A DNA stretch of 63,354 nt, counting the filler, from Choristocarpus tenellus KU-1152 (taxonomy: Eukaryota > Protista > Phaeophyceae), in assembly GCA_964200185.2 (NCBI GenBank). It is 9 parts of 9 records of this genome, joined end to end, with 100 filler letters (N's around TTAATTAATTAA, not from the genome) between each part and the next. Parts side by side here need not be neighbours in the genome. Positions count along the whole stretch, not along the records: positions 23,035 to 27,008 come from CAXNAD020016840.1; positions 27,109 to 33,035 come from CAXNAD020009390.1; positions 33,136 to 40,449 come from CAXNAD020006349.1; 6 more parts are not named here. One strand, written 5' to 3'. The translations under genes and the position numbers were made by a program. Shown piece by piece: positions 25,883-38,951 of the stretch; the stretch's first letter is position 1, and each line of letters starts with the position of its first letter. The notes below the pieces were generated by a model that made no database searches, was not told where the DNA came from, and worked only from the letters and a program-made list of their open reading frames with translations.

Positions 25883-26551
25883 CGAAGTGGATTAAAGATG
25901 TAAGCTGGGAACCCGTGGTGGGTATTGTTTCGACGTGCGACAAACTTGTTGGGAACAGCAAAAAGATTCCTATCAAGGTGTTGACACTTCTACGGTCTGC
26001 TATTGAGGTGAGGGAAAGGGGGGGGTTTGTGGGAGAAGGACGGAAGACAAAATTCAAGGGACGAGGAGAGGAGATGGGGAAGGAGAATGGGGACGAAAAG
26101 GAGGACAACACCGACGACGACAAGGAGGATGAAGAGGATGAGGACGATGAAGAGAAGGACCTTGGTACGGGGGAGGGGAGAGGGGTGTCTGCCGGTGCAG
26201 GTGCATGTACGTGGGTGCCCTTGCAGACGGACGTGGAAGGACCAGTCCTTGAAGCGGATACAGGACGGAGCAGTACGGTGGTACGGAAGAGACCGCACCC
26301 TACCACACAAACGCTGGAGCCAAACACGCGGGTTAGGTTAACCGCTGCACACTTTCGGCCCCATCGCGATGCTAGGGAAATGTAGAGACGCCGGATTAGC
26401 AAACATGTGGCAGATATTCGTGTAAGTAACGTATACCTCATAGGCCTCTTGGAGAATGAGCGGTGTGCATTGAGAGCCGAGTACGCATATTTGTTGTGGC
26501 GGATAGTAGTAACTGCCGCGGGTGATGGTGGTGACAACATGTGTTTAGTTT
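25883..26551 (+). pseudogene. Coding-like acidic segment with in-frame TAG, 5' side abutting a MITE
   Basis: Long frame with a D/E tract; the reading stays open for about 55 codons after TAG at 26383-26385; no family recognised. Confidence 0.3.
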
Positions 26552-28792
26552 AATCCATGATGATGTTTTCAGAGTGTTCCAAGCAGCATGTTGTTGTTGC
26601 GATACATAGTAGAAGGGGGTTTTGATTGCTTGGCAGTCGTAGTCCTTTGTTTCCATGGATGATTTTGAGCCTCCTTCAATACGGGTTGGTGGTCCTTCAT
26701 AAAATATATTATGCACAAACGAATTATAGATGCAAAAGTATGCGTTCGATCGCCAAAATATCTGATACTAGTAGTATTTAGAAGTGTTAGCCGCTAGTAC
26801 TTGTGAGCAGTGTTGTCGTGTTGTCGTAGCAGCAGAATCCCCCTCGACGTCGTACATCGATGTACTTTTTTTGTGTGATCTTTCATCATCTATCTCGCCG
26901 ACACGCTCAGCGGCTTGTTGTACTTAAAATGGCGACTGCATGTGCGTGGCAGGGGGGGAACGAAAGGTGGAGGAGTTTAAAGCACCCGACTATGTGGTGG
27001 TGGAGGATNNNNNNNNNNNNNNNNNNNNNNNNNNNNNNNNNNNNNNNNNNNNTTAATTAATTAANNNNNNNNNNNNNNNNNNNNNNNNNNNNNNNNNNNN
27101 NNNNNNNNCCCCCCTCCCCTCCCCCCATCACACATCCATTTTCTACAACATTTTCAGGGGGCAAGCATTGTATTCAACCTGACTGCATCCAAACTCTGTC
27201 CAGTCAGTCCTCAACCCTTTTCAAACTCTCCAGTCTTAAAACAAGAACCAGTAGCACTCAATAGTGCCAGCCTCTTGAGATGCGGTGCTTTGATTCAGTA
27301 AAAAAAACAAAGCTAATCGATGTGAAATAAGTGTGTGGATTGATATTTTGATTTGTTCCATTCTTGTACGCAAGTGAGGTGCATGTTCCCTTTCTTGTCA
27401 GTTTCCGGACGGCACATTGGGTACATTTTTTTTCAAATTTAGTGCATTGTAAATTTCCGAGCCAATGCGATATATATGTATGTATATATATAAATATTTT
27501 TTTCTCCTTTTGAACGGCTTGGCTGCCCAAGGACACTGCTGAACTTAACCTCACTCTCGTGCACTTCTTGAAGGGTTTTTTTGCAAGACCCAACAGTCAC
27601 CTGTGTTTCTCCACATTCCAGGTCTTGCCCATTCCGAACAACAGGTTGGTGCCTTCAAGTAGGTATAATGTATCATTCATAGGCTCTGAACAGTCGTTTG
27701 CCGTTTGACAATTGGCAATAGATTTACTCTGGAGGGCTGTACTCAATTTGCATGGTCTAGACATCAACTTTTGATACATGGTGTTAACTTTGAACTATGT
27801 TGACAAAGAATTAGATACATGATGTTGACATAGAAAGACCAAGAATAAGATACAAATCTAGCACATTTAGCACTAATTAAAAGCGAACCCTCAATACCAT
27901 AACCCTAACCCTAATCCTCAATGCTGTAACTTCAGTTAATGTTGGACTAATGCTGGACTGTTATGTGATATCATGACCTGAAGTAGCCATGAACTACGTG
28001 GATGAGAGCTCCAGCTTCCTGAGCACCTCTTGATAACTTCGGGTCCTTGGCGAAAAAGTTTGCAAAGCCTTACACCAAAACATGGGTATTTGCACTGACT
28101 CTCTAGAACGCTTGATACATGATGTCTCTCACCTCGAGGACCAATCACATCACAACATTTGAGGCAATGTGGAAGGAAGGCTAGGCATCCACCAATAGGA
28201 CCAATAGGACCAATAGGGGAAGGCACGCTACATCGGCCATAGCAAGGAAATAAAAAATGGGGAATAAACCCTCAGCCAATTCCCCTTGGAAGTATGGATG
28301 AATATTTCATTCACTAAAGTGCCCCTGTACCGATACTGCATATCAAGCAGGAAATGGCAGAGAGCAAGAAGTGGGGAGGCAACTGGCCGATAAGAACCCT
28401 GTCTTCTGATTCGACACATGCAGATTCTTTTGGTTTCATCTCAGTAGGGACGAAATGCTCCTGAGGTCAAGGGCAGTCCCACTTTCGTGACTGTGGCAAG
28501 GTTCTTGGTTCAAGTCCATCAAAGGTACACCCTTTTTGCTGGGGTATTGAGTGCCTCATACCTTCTGTATTGACCTTCTGACTTCTACCTATTCTACCAA
28601 TGCAGCCAATCGCTTAAAGATTACCATTACAAAAGCAAAATTAAGTTTAGACCAAAAATGTCTCTAACATGGTGGTCAATGAGTGTCTTTGACTATATTG
28701 CCACATTGTTTAGTACGACCAAAATAAATTCAAGTGAAGTAACCACCCTCGGAGCTTAGGACTGCACACTTCAATACTGGAGTCTGACCTAC

Positions 28793-30275
28793 CTTGAGGG
28801 GGTCCCCATACATGGCCTGGCCATATCGCCGATTGCCATCCATAATGATGGCTACATGGTGAGGCCCTCTGTCCCCGCGTTCCTCTCCCCTGTGTTCCTC
28901 ACGAACATCGACACATGCATCATCTTTCCCCCCAACATACAAATGATCCGCTTTGTGGTGTAACCTGCCCGATAACCTGTTTAGCCCAATCCCATTTGAC
29001 CCTGCCTGTAACCTATGGGACATTGGGTATACAAGGGTATCTTTTTCAAGAGTGCAGGTACAGGCGTTTCAGAAAATGAAAAAACTCATGTAGCATACCT
29101 CTCAAATGACATCAAAAAACGCGCTAAATACAAGCAGGTTTCTTGTGTAACAAAATGGAAGTCAAGTCGAAGGTGTAAACACTATATTCTGCATCTTGAT
29201 GTGTTTATAACCACGCTCTGCTCCGCAGCACGATGTCCAGATTACGAGTTACGACAACAATCTAAAAACAAGTGACTGAAGATGAATAAAGTACCCACAA
29301 CTCAAAACTAAAAATGATGCACCACGTGGATGCACAAGATCATTATATCTTCGTTTCTATGTCTAATATTCCCTCCATAAATTCCTTCTGGTCCAACACA
29401 AAAGTACAACACGCAGGTTACAGAATCTAAAACTTTCCCTCGTACTATAAAACCTAGGTTTGCGTAGTGAGAGTGAGCCTAGTAAACACATGCCGTGCAA
29501 TTGCAGGTACTTTATCTACAAAGGTGAAACTTCTTTTCCTTGTACAAGGGGACATAACGAATGCGCCACCAACAAGACCATACCAGCTTCTAAGTGTCAA
29601 TCATTGGTATCGATTTCCTCTTCGCCTTATTCCTTGCTGCGTGCATCTCAACCAAGCCTGAAGTACATTATACTTGTCTAACTAAAGAGGTTCATTTTCC
29701 TCCCACTCATTGTGTGGCGCAGCCATCATTGTGCGCAGCACTGCTAAAGTCGCACCAAAATGACGATAGCACCAGGCAACACATTCTGCTGCAAGAACGA
29801 AAGGCGAGTGTACTGACCTCGCATCCTCTGAAGGTTCCTTCCAGGCATCCCTGCTCACACCAACAAAGAGATGTAATAACCAACGCCAGACCAAACCGAA
29901 GGATAGCCCTCCCATATTCGCACCACTGCCATCTACTCTAAGCTTCTTTAGGTCAAGACTACTTGACTTTATTGACGCCTCCATTGAGGCCCTTGACCGC
30001 GACCTTTCCCGATTCCAACAAACTAGACCTCCACGTATTACTAGAAATGCGATGAAAATGCATCCTGTAGTCATTCCAACTGGGAGCAGAGCTTCTGTAG
30101 GCTGGGATGAACCTGACAATCCCTTGGTATTGATACCACCTGACCGGGCATTCTCTGAATATTTCGTTTCGTCATGCCAAAGAATTCGTCGATCTGCAAA
30201 TCCCTTCTGAGTGAGATTGTCCAAGCGGCCAGCATCTTGGTTCACACTGCCCTCTGCTCTCGCCATGGAGGACAT
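28793..30275 (-). CDS. cis-prenyltransferase (UPPS/DHDDS family) with long N-terminal extension; exons 29818-30275 and 28793-29012; remaining exons not identified
   Basis: Region I motif PHHVAIIMDGNRRYG; a phase-2 GT-AG join (DAR|LQAG) links it to exon 1. Confidence 0.85.
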
Positions 30276-32844
30276 TGGGCTATGGACAGGTAGTAGGTTT
30301 AGTTTTGGACCAGATTGAAATATATCACGCTTCTTAAGTTTTACTAAATCCGCTAAACATTTATCAAAAACTGAATCATGAAAAAACTGAAAATTACGTG
30401 AAAATTGATGGTTCTTGGAAAGTGTTTCTTATACCAAAGACCTTGTAACACAACAGCTATTGTAGAGAAAATGGAAATAGGTGAACGCTCTCCTGGAGAA
30501 CACGCGATACCGACGGAATCGAGTCAAGTCTTTGTCGAAGAACGAACAACAGACGTGATCATAATATAGGTTCCTAAAGAGGATAACGTTACAACAGCGA
30601 AATAATGTCACCACTCCTTGTCCAGCGTCGTGCTGCACTAAAGATAGATGTTTTTCGAACAATTAATATTTCAAAACGTTGCCCACCACGACAACAGAGG
30701 TTGGAGAGCAAATGACTTTGAGCATTTATTGGACAAGGAACTTTACAAAAATGTGAAGTGAGAAGTGACATGGATCTTCCTTTTTACTTGCGGCAAATTT
30801 CTTCGACTAATAATGGTCTCTTCTTCCTCTTGTGGTAGCCACCTTCACTCCAGGATACTATAACTTTGAGGCGATACATGCAGACAGAACTACAGTCCCT
30901 TCTGATTAGATCGGCGTCAGGGTGTGGTGAGAGTCAATACATACGAGCAGTACCCAGGGTTGCATTTTAAGGATGCTGACAAAAAATGTATAAATCCGTT
31001 TTTTTGTGTAAATTCGTATGGGAATTCTCAATCTGTTGCGATTTTTCAAACAAAAGAGAAATCAGCACTATCAAGTCCATCGTAATACTTCATAAATAGA
31101 CATAAGGATGAATAGGAAGAGATGAGAAGAGCGACTTATAATGCAAAACGGCCAAAACCTGGGTAGCTCTCATTTACTTTGGTTCTGAATGGATGGGACT
31201 TCCCAAGCACGACTCATTCACTTCCTCCCTGATCTCTTCTTATCTAAGTTAGCTTCTTAGACATGACTACCCATCCTTGTCGTCTCTCTCCTTTCCACAT
31301 CCTGATGTGGGTCTTCCCCCTCCCCTTTAATCTTAAGAGTCTGTCTCCTGGTTTCTCTCCGTTCCATCTTTTTTCTCATTTCAAAAACATAAAGCTAATG
31401 TGGGCAAATTAATAATAAGATTATATAGCCAACTTGAAATGACGGCAAACTAGAGATGGTTAGCCCATATAAAAGTGGGTACGTCATCTCCGATAGGGAA
31501 ATCAAATCACATATCAAGACAGAAGACCAAGCAATAAAGTAGATTGGAGGGTTGAAGGTGGAAATTGAAGGTTCTTTGATGTAGTTTTGATTGATCAGAT
31601 ATAGATGTTGAGTTATGCATAGGTAAACTAAGGAACATAGTACCTTAATGTAGTATCTGCAATGTATGCAATACGAAGTGAGTGTAAATAGTTGGTTATT
31701 TGGGGAAAGCAGGTTGATTTATGGTTAGATGCAATGGTCAGGTGATAGCACATTGAATTGCCGAAGTTTTGGTACACTCTTCATCCTCACATGTGTTCTC
31801 GATTTCTAGGGTAATTGAACTCGGTGATCTTGCTTCCGCAGTTAGTTGTAGAATGCACTGGTGGATTGGAGCAAAATGGAAGGGTGTCCAGAACTCTGAC
31901 AATTGACTAATGAGTAATTTGTCCTTCACCTGATATGTAAACTGAGGAGGAGGAGCTCTCTAAGTATAGTTTACGTTGATGCAAAGAAAAGTGGCGGATG
32001 TAAGCATGAGGAAAATGCACTCTTTTCTTGAAACCACCAAGACCATTGTTGACCCTGGGGAAATATGGTTTGATCAAGGCTGGAAGAGAAAAAGAAATTC
32101 CCTCAAGGTCGAAACAAGAGCGAGAGATCCCCAGCAACATCCTAAATAGACTTCCCCAAGTTAATGAAAGTGAATCGTCGTGCATTGAATGTAGGCTGGT
32201 AATCTTGTGACCTGTCAGGAGTTGGAGATGCATAGAGAAATAGTTTGTGGTCTAGAGTGTATGGTGTTCATATAGAACACAAATACGTAGTATTCTAAAT
32301 TTAAATGGAAACACTTTGATTCTTGTATTCGATATATTAGTTGAATATACTGTTATTTGTGGTGCCATCTGTCTTCACTTACGCAACGTCAACTTCAATC
32401 ATTTACTAAACAGACACTAATATTATAGTGTTTCTGTAATTACATAACACTCTTATTTTAAGGATTAAATTATATTGACAAATAATATTGTTATCGTTGT
32501 TGTCATATTTTATTGGTGGTATCAGATATTTGATCATCAGACACTTGTGATTATCATTAATGGCATCATCTGGTCTCGTAGTGATCTTAAATTATCGACT
32601 GAGTATAAATTGCTCCATTATTGCACGATAATAAATATATATATATATTTATTTATTTTCTTCCTCAGGATGAGGAATCAGGGTGTATGGAATGGTGCAC
32701 TTCAAGTTCCGATTGGTGAAAAGTCAGAAGAGAGGTCGATTGAAGCTCTCAATTCCCCATATCTGTTCACCACAACCTGAAAAGAGTGGTGCCAGACAAG
32801 TGTATTCTGTATGTATATCTACATCAGCATATATTGCCAGAAGT

Positions 32845-33035
32845 GGCTCAAAGTATCTGGGGGGGAGGGGTGGCGGCTGTCCATTTGGGGTCAATTTTTT
32901 CACATCGTGATTCTTGGGTGACTTGGTTGCATACGTTGGATGGATAATGTAACTTTTTTTTTCTGATTTTGGTCCAAATGGACACCCTGGTGTAGATACC
33001 AACCTCCTTCCCCCCATCCCCGTCCCTCCCCAGAC
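32845..33035. mobile_element. MITE family B, reverse orientation, cut by contig end
   Basis: Reverse-complement homolog of 1183-1361. Confidence 0.8.
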
Positions 33036-33776
33036 NNNNNNNNNNNNNNNNNNNNNNNNNNNNNNNNNNNNNNNNNNNNTTAATTAATTAANNNNNNNNN
33101 NNNNNNNNNNNNNNNNNNNNNNNNNNNNNNNNNNNTACAGACACCAAGCAATCTCGCCGGGTTTATCACCTTTACCCTCTTTGATGATTTTGGGGATACT
33201 TTAACAACATACGTTGAATGCACATATGTTGAGCAGTAAATGTGCCCAAAAGTACATGACAGTGAATGCAAGCAAGGCTTAGGTATTCCTCTACTTTAGT
33301 GTAGTGAAACGCGACAGTTCAACCAGCTTAGTTGAAGAAATTGAGAAAAGCCGAGACCAAAAAAGAAAAAAACTCGGCTATTTAGGTATTGTTTAAATTA
33401 GAAGTCACACAGAACTGCCACAACACACCGCACAACCTAGTGCCTTCATTATTACAAGGCGACACAACTCACAACTCACAAAATATTCATGGCTTTGAAT
33501 TTTTGTCTAAGGCCTGCGGATGCTTTGGGTTTGGAGAGTTTGAGGATCCATCTCCTGAGCGTACCCTCAAACATGCGGAGTATGACGATGTGGAGGACCA
33601 GCTCAAGTGTCGAAATAAGCTGGACGTGGAGCCTGATGAGGTTCTGCAGTCACAGAAAGGCAGAAGAAGGTCGAACGTGTGTAAAACTGGCAAAAGATGA
33701 GACTGTGGGATAAAGTCTCCAGATAGGCATTTGTTCACTTTGTACGCATTGTTGAGACTTATCAACGTAGCTAGAT

Positions 33777-35630
33777 ATGATACCCATCTGTGCCAAAAAT
33801 GGTGAATTTGGCAGCACTGAGATTCAGATGGGAAACTCCAGGTCGACAACAAACCCTAGGAACCAGTGCTCCAAGTCTTGGGCACAAGGAGGTCCTTCAA
33901 GAGCTCAAGAGCATGAAAATGGAGACGAGGGATCAGGGTCGGGAACACGGCATCATATTCACACGTTCTTTGAAGCAAAGGTAATTGATTGGGTTACCCT
34001 TCGGTGTTGCTTTGTGACAACGGATTGCCAACCGCTCTCAGCGAGACATCTTTACATCCCATCTTTTTCAACCTTTTTGTCTCTCATTTTGTTTTGCGCC
34101 ATTGCCATCACAATTGTGTGTTGAGCATGCTTCCCCACAGATATATTCTTACCATATAACGTATCGTGGTACATCAAAGTTAACACCTCCACCTCTCACC
34201 TCTACAATCCAGACACAGATGGTGGAGAGCCGTAATTTCAAGATCCTCCACACCCTTGAAAGGAGGGATGTAAAACCTGATCACCACCAACTCCTCAACT
34301 TATTAAGGGTGGTCAAGAACGGTCTCCAGGTCAAGGTTGAGGAGATGCTTCCTGATGGAGGTGTGACTGTGACTACAGGTGGTTGGACTGCCCCCTCATG
34401 TAACATCTTCCACTCACTGGGTCCTGAATTGATGACACATTCCAGCTCACTATGCTTTCTCTAGGCTGTGTTGAGGATTCAGGCACTGTGTCTGGAGAAG
34501 ATCTGTCCGATAACTTGATAGAGTTGGTGGGTAAACAGGGGCTTACTGCGCAGGTGCAGGCATGCATTACTGACTGCAGGCAATCAACAGTAAAAATGGG
34601 TCACTTGTTACAAGACCACAAAATTGCACACCACGCCTGCATCTGCCACCATTTGTTTGGGGGGTGAAGCATGTGTCACTTTCATTGGGATAGGCATAGA
34701 GTCGACCATGGCAGCAGCCAGGGCAACAGTAGCTGTCTATCCTAACTCAAGTTCAGCCAGTGTAAGAATCTAAAGGAATGCTTCAAGATAAATTATAGAA
34801 CCAAGAAGGATTTTTGAGGATATAGCCTATATGCACCATGGGTGGTGTAACTCAAGCCTGCGAACATTTTTCACAACAGACTTTTGCTTGCATTCAGGCC
34901 ACCATTTCACAATTTCAGTGGGAGGTGAGATGTGGACATTCATATGAAAAATACATGTGCTGGTAACTTACATACCAAGCGGAGAGAAACATACTCTTGA
35001 GTAGAAAAATAGACATGTTGTCAGTCAATTTCAGAATTTGCTTCCTTCATATATAGGAAAACATATTTCATTTGTTCACCTATCTCTGACTTCCTGCTTC
35101 ACAATAATCAATTACTGACTTAGATGACTGACACCCGTCAAGGAGGCACAGAAAACCCTCTAGGGTGAGAGGCCTGCATGACATCTTTTACCATCCCCTT
35201 CATCCACAACCTATGTATTTACCTCCATCAAATGGGCATGATATCCCCTTCCTCAACTTCCCTGCAACGATGAACTACACAAGGCAGCATTTGTGTGCAC
35301 AAGACATACGATGGAAGCATATTTCAACTCCTGTGACAATGGAAACAATGTCATGTTTAACACTGAGGGTCCATGTAAGCAGTGCAAAGAGTTCAAGTGG
35401 ACACAGGTGCTGATATCAGCACCTGCTTCAAGGCTAGAACCAAACATTCTGAAAGCATTCCAGCAGTGGGACGCAGCACAAATTGTAGTCGTGTAGAGTT
35501 GGAAGTGGTGGGAATCCTGGAGGCTGAGCAAGCATCACATAATAATCTGTTCAGCCTTCACAATACATCACAGGGAACATACTACCAGTGTGAAGAGCTC
35601 ACAACCCCAACTGCGAAAGAGGCTTGAGGT
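33777..35630 (+). pseudogene. Unidentified spliced, possibly decayed gene
   Basis: Exon-like blocks with GT-AG joins (..HIHTFFEAK|TQMVESRNF..VTTG|CVEDSG..GLTAQ) and a Cys/His-rich segment near 35240-35400; stops or frameshifts prevent a full model. Confidence 0.3.
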
Positions 35631-35845
35631 GCATGAAAAGAGTTTGCCTTGAATACAGTTGTGAGAGTATAGCTACTGGTGGTAGAGGTGTGGTGGAATT
35701 TTCAATGAGGGAACATACAGAGTAGTGACCACAAGTTGAAGTTGCCTACTTCAATATGGAGAAATGCCCTGATGTGGGCGATAAGAAAAGCAGCTTCAGT
35801 GACCTTCAGTGGTGGAAAGGAGTGGAGTAATCTTTTCCACGCTTG

Positions 35846-36100
35846 GAGTCAAAGTATCTTATAGGGTAGAGCCGCGTCCATTCAGGGGCCAAAATCCGAT
35901 GTTGCAATTTTGATGTGACTTTGGCTTTATCATATTTGTTACGAAGTATCAATATCCTTGTTCTGAACACTCCTTTTCATAACGTACACGTTTTGCCTAC
36001 TTTCAAACATTTTGGAGTAGAAAAATGTCAAAAAACATGGTAAGCTAAGCCCCAAATGGACAAACAGGGCAAAACTCTTACCCTCTACGATACTTTCACA
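35846..36100. mobile_element. MITE family A, TSD CTTG
   Basis: Same TIRs, right end 1 nt short; CTTG at 35842-45 and 36101-04. Confidence 0.85.
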
Positions 36101-37323
36101 CTTGGTCAACCTGCCTGGTATGTTTTGTCCGTTCTTGCTTCTCAGTCTGACTCAGAGAATATGATATCCTCACCAGGGAATATTACCATGCCCAAGGAAC
36201 AAACTAGAGCCTGAATATGTACAGCTCCTCATCTTCCTCTCCAGAGCATTTGGATGGTGGATGCAAGAGAGGATGCTAAGTAAGAAGCTGTCACCTGTAG
36301 GCTGGATAACCAAATACAGCAGGAGCAACTGATAAAATTCCCCAGAATTTTGGGATCTCAATGTGTCCGTAGTCTAGAAGCACACACCAATTACATCAAT
36401 GATCTTCATTTATTCTATTGTTCTTTACTGTACTGGCATGAAATTGTAAGCAATAAGGATCTGTGTTGTGTCCTCACGTCCTTCCCGCCTTCACAAATAA
36501 TACAGTAACAGATGAGACACTAAAACTGTGATGAACACATCTTTGCACCTCATGGTCTCCACCCTCGGTGACATATTCTTTACTCTTTCTTAAGCGAGAC
36601 ATGAACTAGAACTTGTCCGTTGCAGATAATACAGGAGGCAGTACCTCCGGCAATGGAAAAAGAGAGCAGAAAGAGTACGAGTCAAAATTTCACGTCTCCA
36701 GAGGGGTCTCATTCCAACCTGTGGGCCCTTTGCCCTATGGCTTCACTCATCTCATTAGAGTGTCTTACATATCGCAGCAAACTCTGACAAATTTAACATT
36801 TATGTCACAACTTGGTAGTTTATGCCAAAGTATATGGAGGGAGATAGTAGGGCTGTAACAATACTGCTTTAAATACTTGACAATATCCTTAGTCTCACAG
36901 GCGCTCTATGATTAAGGCAATCACGCTTGTTCTTAGCCCATGGTGGCTTTCAGTCCATGTGCAAGTGTGTGTGCATGTATGATGCAGGTGGATTGATACC
37001 CTTCACTGGCCCAAAGCCCATCTAAATTTCTGTACCTTAGGTGGCTCAGTGTAAGGGACCATAGAGGTCACACCCTATAGGTCACCCGGTCTGATCATGA
37101 GAAGTCAGGAGTCAGTGATTTTTAAACCTGGCAAGCCTTCAGTCCGAAGTGGCAAACATCAAAATATGCCTATTGAAGTTCAAATGCTCGCACACGCAGC
37201 ATTTGCAGTGCAAGTGTTAATGATGTTCATGATTTGGTCATACAAACATGAAGCAATACTGCTGCTACGATTAGATGACATTTGTCCAGATATGGGTTAA
37301 GAGTACAAAGTACACTGTGCCAT

Positions 37324-37575
37324 AGTATATCTTACAGGGAGGGGTATTTGGCTCAGGGTGTCCATTTGGGGCTTGATGGGATGATATAAGATACCCTAGT
37401 CTGATGCTCGTTACTAGTGATTTTCCTTCAGATTTAATCCGGGCAGGGGCATGGACAAGGAACGTGTATTCAGATGAAAATTGCCCATACATTTGACACA
37501 CTCACTCAGACAACATGAAATCACTACAGCTTCACACCGGCCCCACATGGACCCTGACCCCCCCTCTAGGATAAT
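37324..37575. mobile_element. Diverged related MITE
   Basis: Degenerate TIR-like ends plus CAGGGTGTCCATTTGGGG / CCCCACATGGACCCTG inverted repeat. Confidence 0.55.
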
Positions 37576-37790
37576 ATGTGTTAGTACTGCACCAAGGTCA
37601 TACAGTCGCATCTTCATTTAGCTAGTGCCCCCTCTAGATCATTTTCGCTGCTGTCCCTATCCCCCTGACCATGTTGTACACCCACACTTGAGCCCTGAAC
37701 AAAATATGTAAGATCATGGACATCTATACGCTTGTGAGCGTCATAGACTGCACCACAGCAGCTGTGTCTTTGGCGTGTGAGACAACACTA

Positions 37791-38951
37791 TCAGGAGTTG
37801 AAGCCGACCTTGCTGAGAAACGTATGGTCCATCGTATCTTTTGTTCCAGTCTCAGTCACTCTTAACAAACTCTGTAGCGTGGCAAGATTACCAGAGTACA
37901 AATCTTCACAACATTTTCGGGATCTATATTGCCATAAATATGTGAAGGTGCTTGTAATGCAAGGAATGTAGTAGCACTAGGAATGAGAGAACAATCTCTA
38001 GCTACAATGTCCTGAATTGTGAAAAAAAAAAATCTTCCAATCAAAAATGGCACACTTCACCATTGTGCAATGTAAAGTGGACCACCTAAAAACATACTTC
38101 ATAAAATATTAGTATCAGCTGAGACTCACCTTGCACTTCACGCCAACCACACGCACCTCCAAAGAATCCACAGAGCCACAAGGATTACAGCTGCAAGTGA
38201 TAAACACACCAGGGCCGCAGGGAAGTAAAAGAACAACCTTTTAGAACCAAATACTTTGAAGGAATACGACAACTACACCCATTCTACATATATGGCAATG
38301 TCACAAAAGTCATGGCACTCATCTCAGCAGTAACAATAAAAATCCGTTGTCTTCTAGGAAAAGCTGAGCACAGCTAGGCAGTCAGCCATGTGTATTGCAA
38401 AGAACTTCGTATCCAGCAATAGACACCTACCATAAATAGCCCAGCCAATGAAGGTTACGATGAAGCTGTTCAAGTTCAAAGTAAAAAAGAATCAGAGTTG
38501 AACAATTCACAGCACACACTTGGTGCATACCACGTTGGGTCGAGTGCATACAAGCGCAGATAGGTCATGGCCAACAGGATCGATGTAGAAAACAGTTATC
38601 TACAAATGACAACAAATGACAACAAATGACAACAAATGACACAGACATCCAGTTAATAAGTTCCAATGGGTTGTTGAGAAAAGATTATCTACGGCTATAC
38701 CACAAGCAGTAGGTGCACCTGCTAAGACAATACAACTTGCATGGTTGAATTCAACACAACATGCAAACACAAAAAACACAATGCAGCAGTATTAGAACAT
38801 TGGTTTCGAAGTTCAAGGGGCGGGGGACTCAGCTTTCATAGTCTCCTGTAGAAACAACCAGCACAACCTGTACAACCTGTACCTCACACAACCTAAGAGA
38901 TTGCCAATAGAAAAACCAAAGGTATTGGACATATAAGAATGAGCATTACCG
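37791..38951 (-). CDS. C-terminal exons of an unidentified membrane protein (38883-38951, 38431-38465, 38157-38190, 37791-37812)
   Basis: In-phase GT-AG splicing gives GNAHSYMSNTFGFSIGNLLGCVSFIVTFIGWAIYAVILVALWILWSKVGFNS*. Confidence 0.55.
38604..38640. repeat. 10-bp tandem repeat (ACAAATGACA) ~x4
   Basis: Read directly. Confidence 0.9.
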
